The notes below the pieces were generated by a model. That model saw nothing but the letters and a program-made list of their open reading frames with translations. It was not told the origin of the DNA and searched no databases. Shown piece after piece: positions 62,792-64,000 of a stretch of DNA of 64,000 bases. The translations under genes were made by a program, and so were the position numbers. Origin of the DNA: Azolla caroliniana (lineage: Eukaryota; Plantae; Polypodiophyta); contig JBHGNT010000011.1 of the NCBI GenBank assembly GCA_043228905.1, forward strand, positions 7,130,001 through 7,194,000. The letters are read 5' to 3'. Each line of letters opens with the position of its first letter. The first letter of the stretch is position 1.

Positions 62792-64000
62792 TGTCAGGAA
62801 CTAGCGCGGAAGTATTGCTCGGACACAACCGAGTCTCAAATGACTCTATGAAGGACCAAACACAGAAATGGGAAATAGGTATGATGAATGCATGTACACA
62901 AAACAACAATAGAGAACACAAGATCTTTACGTGGAAAACCCTAATAGGGAAAAACCACGGGAGCCCACGACCTACGAACTATCACAATATGAGAGGAAAT
63001 ACAAAGTGGACACACAAAGGCAATGACCTCGTGCTCGCGATCTTCGCCAAACGGCGGTTACAACAGAAAGTGCTCGTAGCTACTCTCTCGCTCTCTCGCT
63101 CTCTCCCTCTCTCTACAACACCACAGTAAAGTGATTGCCCTAAGTCATATTTATACTTATATGACTTTTAGGCTATTTACAAAGATAGCCTCAATGGGCT
63201 TACTCTAACATATTTACAAATATGTCCTTGGATCCGGTTTGCTCCGGATCCATCAGGATTCACTGGTCCCGGTTTCCGGATCTTATCCGGAACCCTTCTT
63301 CATCCGACTCATCCAATTCTCATCCAGATCCCATCTGGAGGGACCGAGTTACCAACAAATTCCCCCTTCACTCCGACACGGGATTCCTCGTTAATTCGAC
63401 CCATTTCTGGCATGCGTCTAGCTTGTCTGTTGAAAGCACCTTGGTCAGCATATCCGATCCGTTCTCCTTCGTGTGGATCTTTGTCAACACAAAGTCTTGA
63501 TCTTCTACCTTCTCCCGAAGCCTAGTGATTTCTCCTCTAGGTGTGTTTGGTCCGGGAATGGTAGGCCACATTCTTCGCAAGGTGGATGACACTTTGACTA
63601 TCGCAGTAGAGACAATATTCCTCCTATCAAATCCCTAGCTCTCCAATGAAGTCCTTCATTCAGATTATCTCCTTCCCGGCTTCCACAACTGCCATGTACT
63701 CCGCTTCCATTGTTGATAGTGCAACGAACTTCTGCAGCCTCGACTGCCATGATACAACTCCCCCTGCATAAGTCATGACATATCTGGATGTAGACCGGAT
63801 GGTATCTGCATCAGCCGACATATCCGAATCCGTTAATCTGTCAAGTTGGGGTTTACCAGAGCCAAACCGGAGGCACATACTCGAGGTGCCTTTTAGATAC
63901 TGGAGTATCCACTTGACCGCGTTCCAGTGCTCTCTTCCCGGATTGCTCATGACCCGACTGACTACTCCGACAACATATGCAATATCCGGCCGGGTGCACA
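62792..64000 (-). mobile_element. Ty1/copia element I (3' LTR 62792-63357 plus RNaseH/RT end; continues beyond window)
   Basis: LTR homologous to H; PPT at 63358-63368; EHWNAVKWIL, SWQSRLQ, STMEAEYMA, ENGSDMLTK. Confidence 0.92.

Overview
Eukaryotic plant genomic DNA, most consistent with a seedless vascular plant such as a fern (inferred from the Tcn1-like chromovirus, RTE/RTEX-like LINE, large TE-filled intron and (CT)n-rich UTRs). Positions 1-33210 are one nested retrotransposon stack, reconstructed from LTR termini, PBS/PPT and target-site duplications (TSDs). Copia A (121-33210) contains copia B (935-24613, TSD AAGAG) and Tcn1-like chromovirus G (26885-32555). B contains copia D, copia C and a non-autonomous hAT (8-bp TSD). 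D contains a solo LTR (4-bp TSD) and a tRNA-Trp-primed gypsy-like element E. E's LTR contains the youngest element, chromovirus F, whose LTRs are nearly identical. One large deletion fused E to C. Positions 33.2-56 kb hold two intact spliced host genes: a PHR1-like MYB-CC transcription factor (7 coding exons) and an RGP/UDP-arabinopyranose mutase (4 coding exons, LINE remnants in intron 2). Positions 56-64 kb hold gypsy scraps, a Sola2-like DDD transposase relic and two more copia elements. The best leads are tRNA-like Pol III A/B-box modules antisense in the U3 of two unrelated LTR families, a Tf1-type self-priming signal plus -1 frameshift pseudoknot in G, the Trp-PBS/4-bp-TSD lineage, the Sola2-like relic and strong CCGG enrichment. 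All calls were made by eye; no database searches were run.
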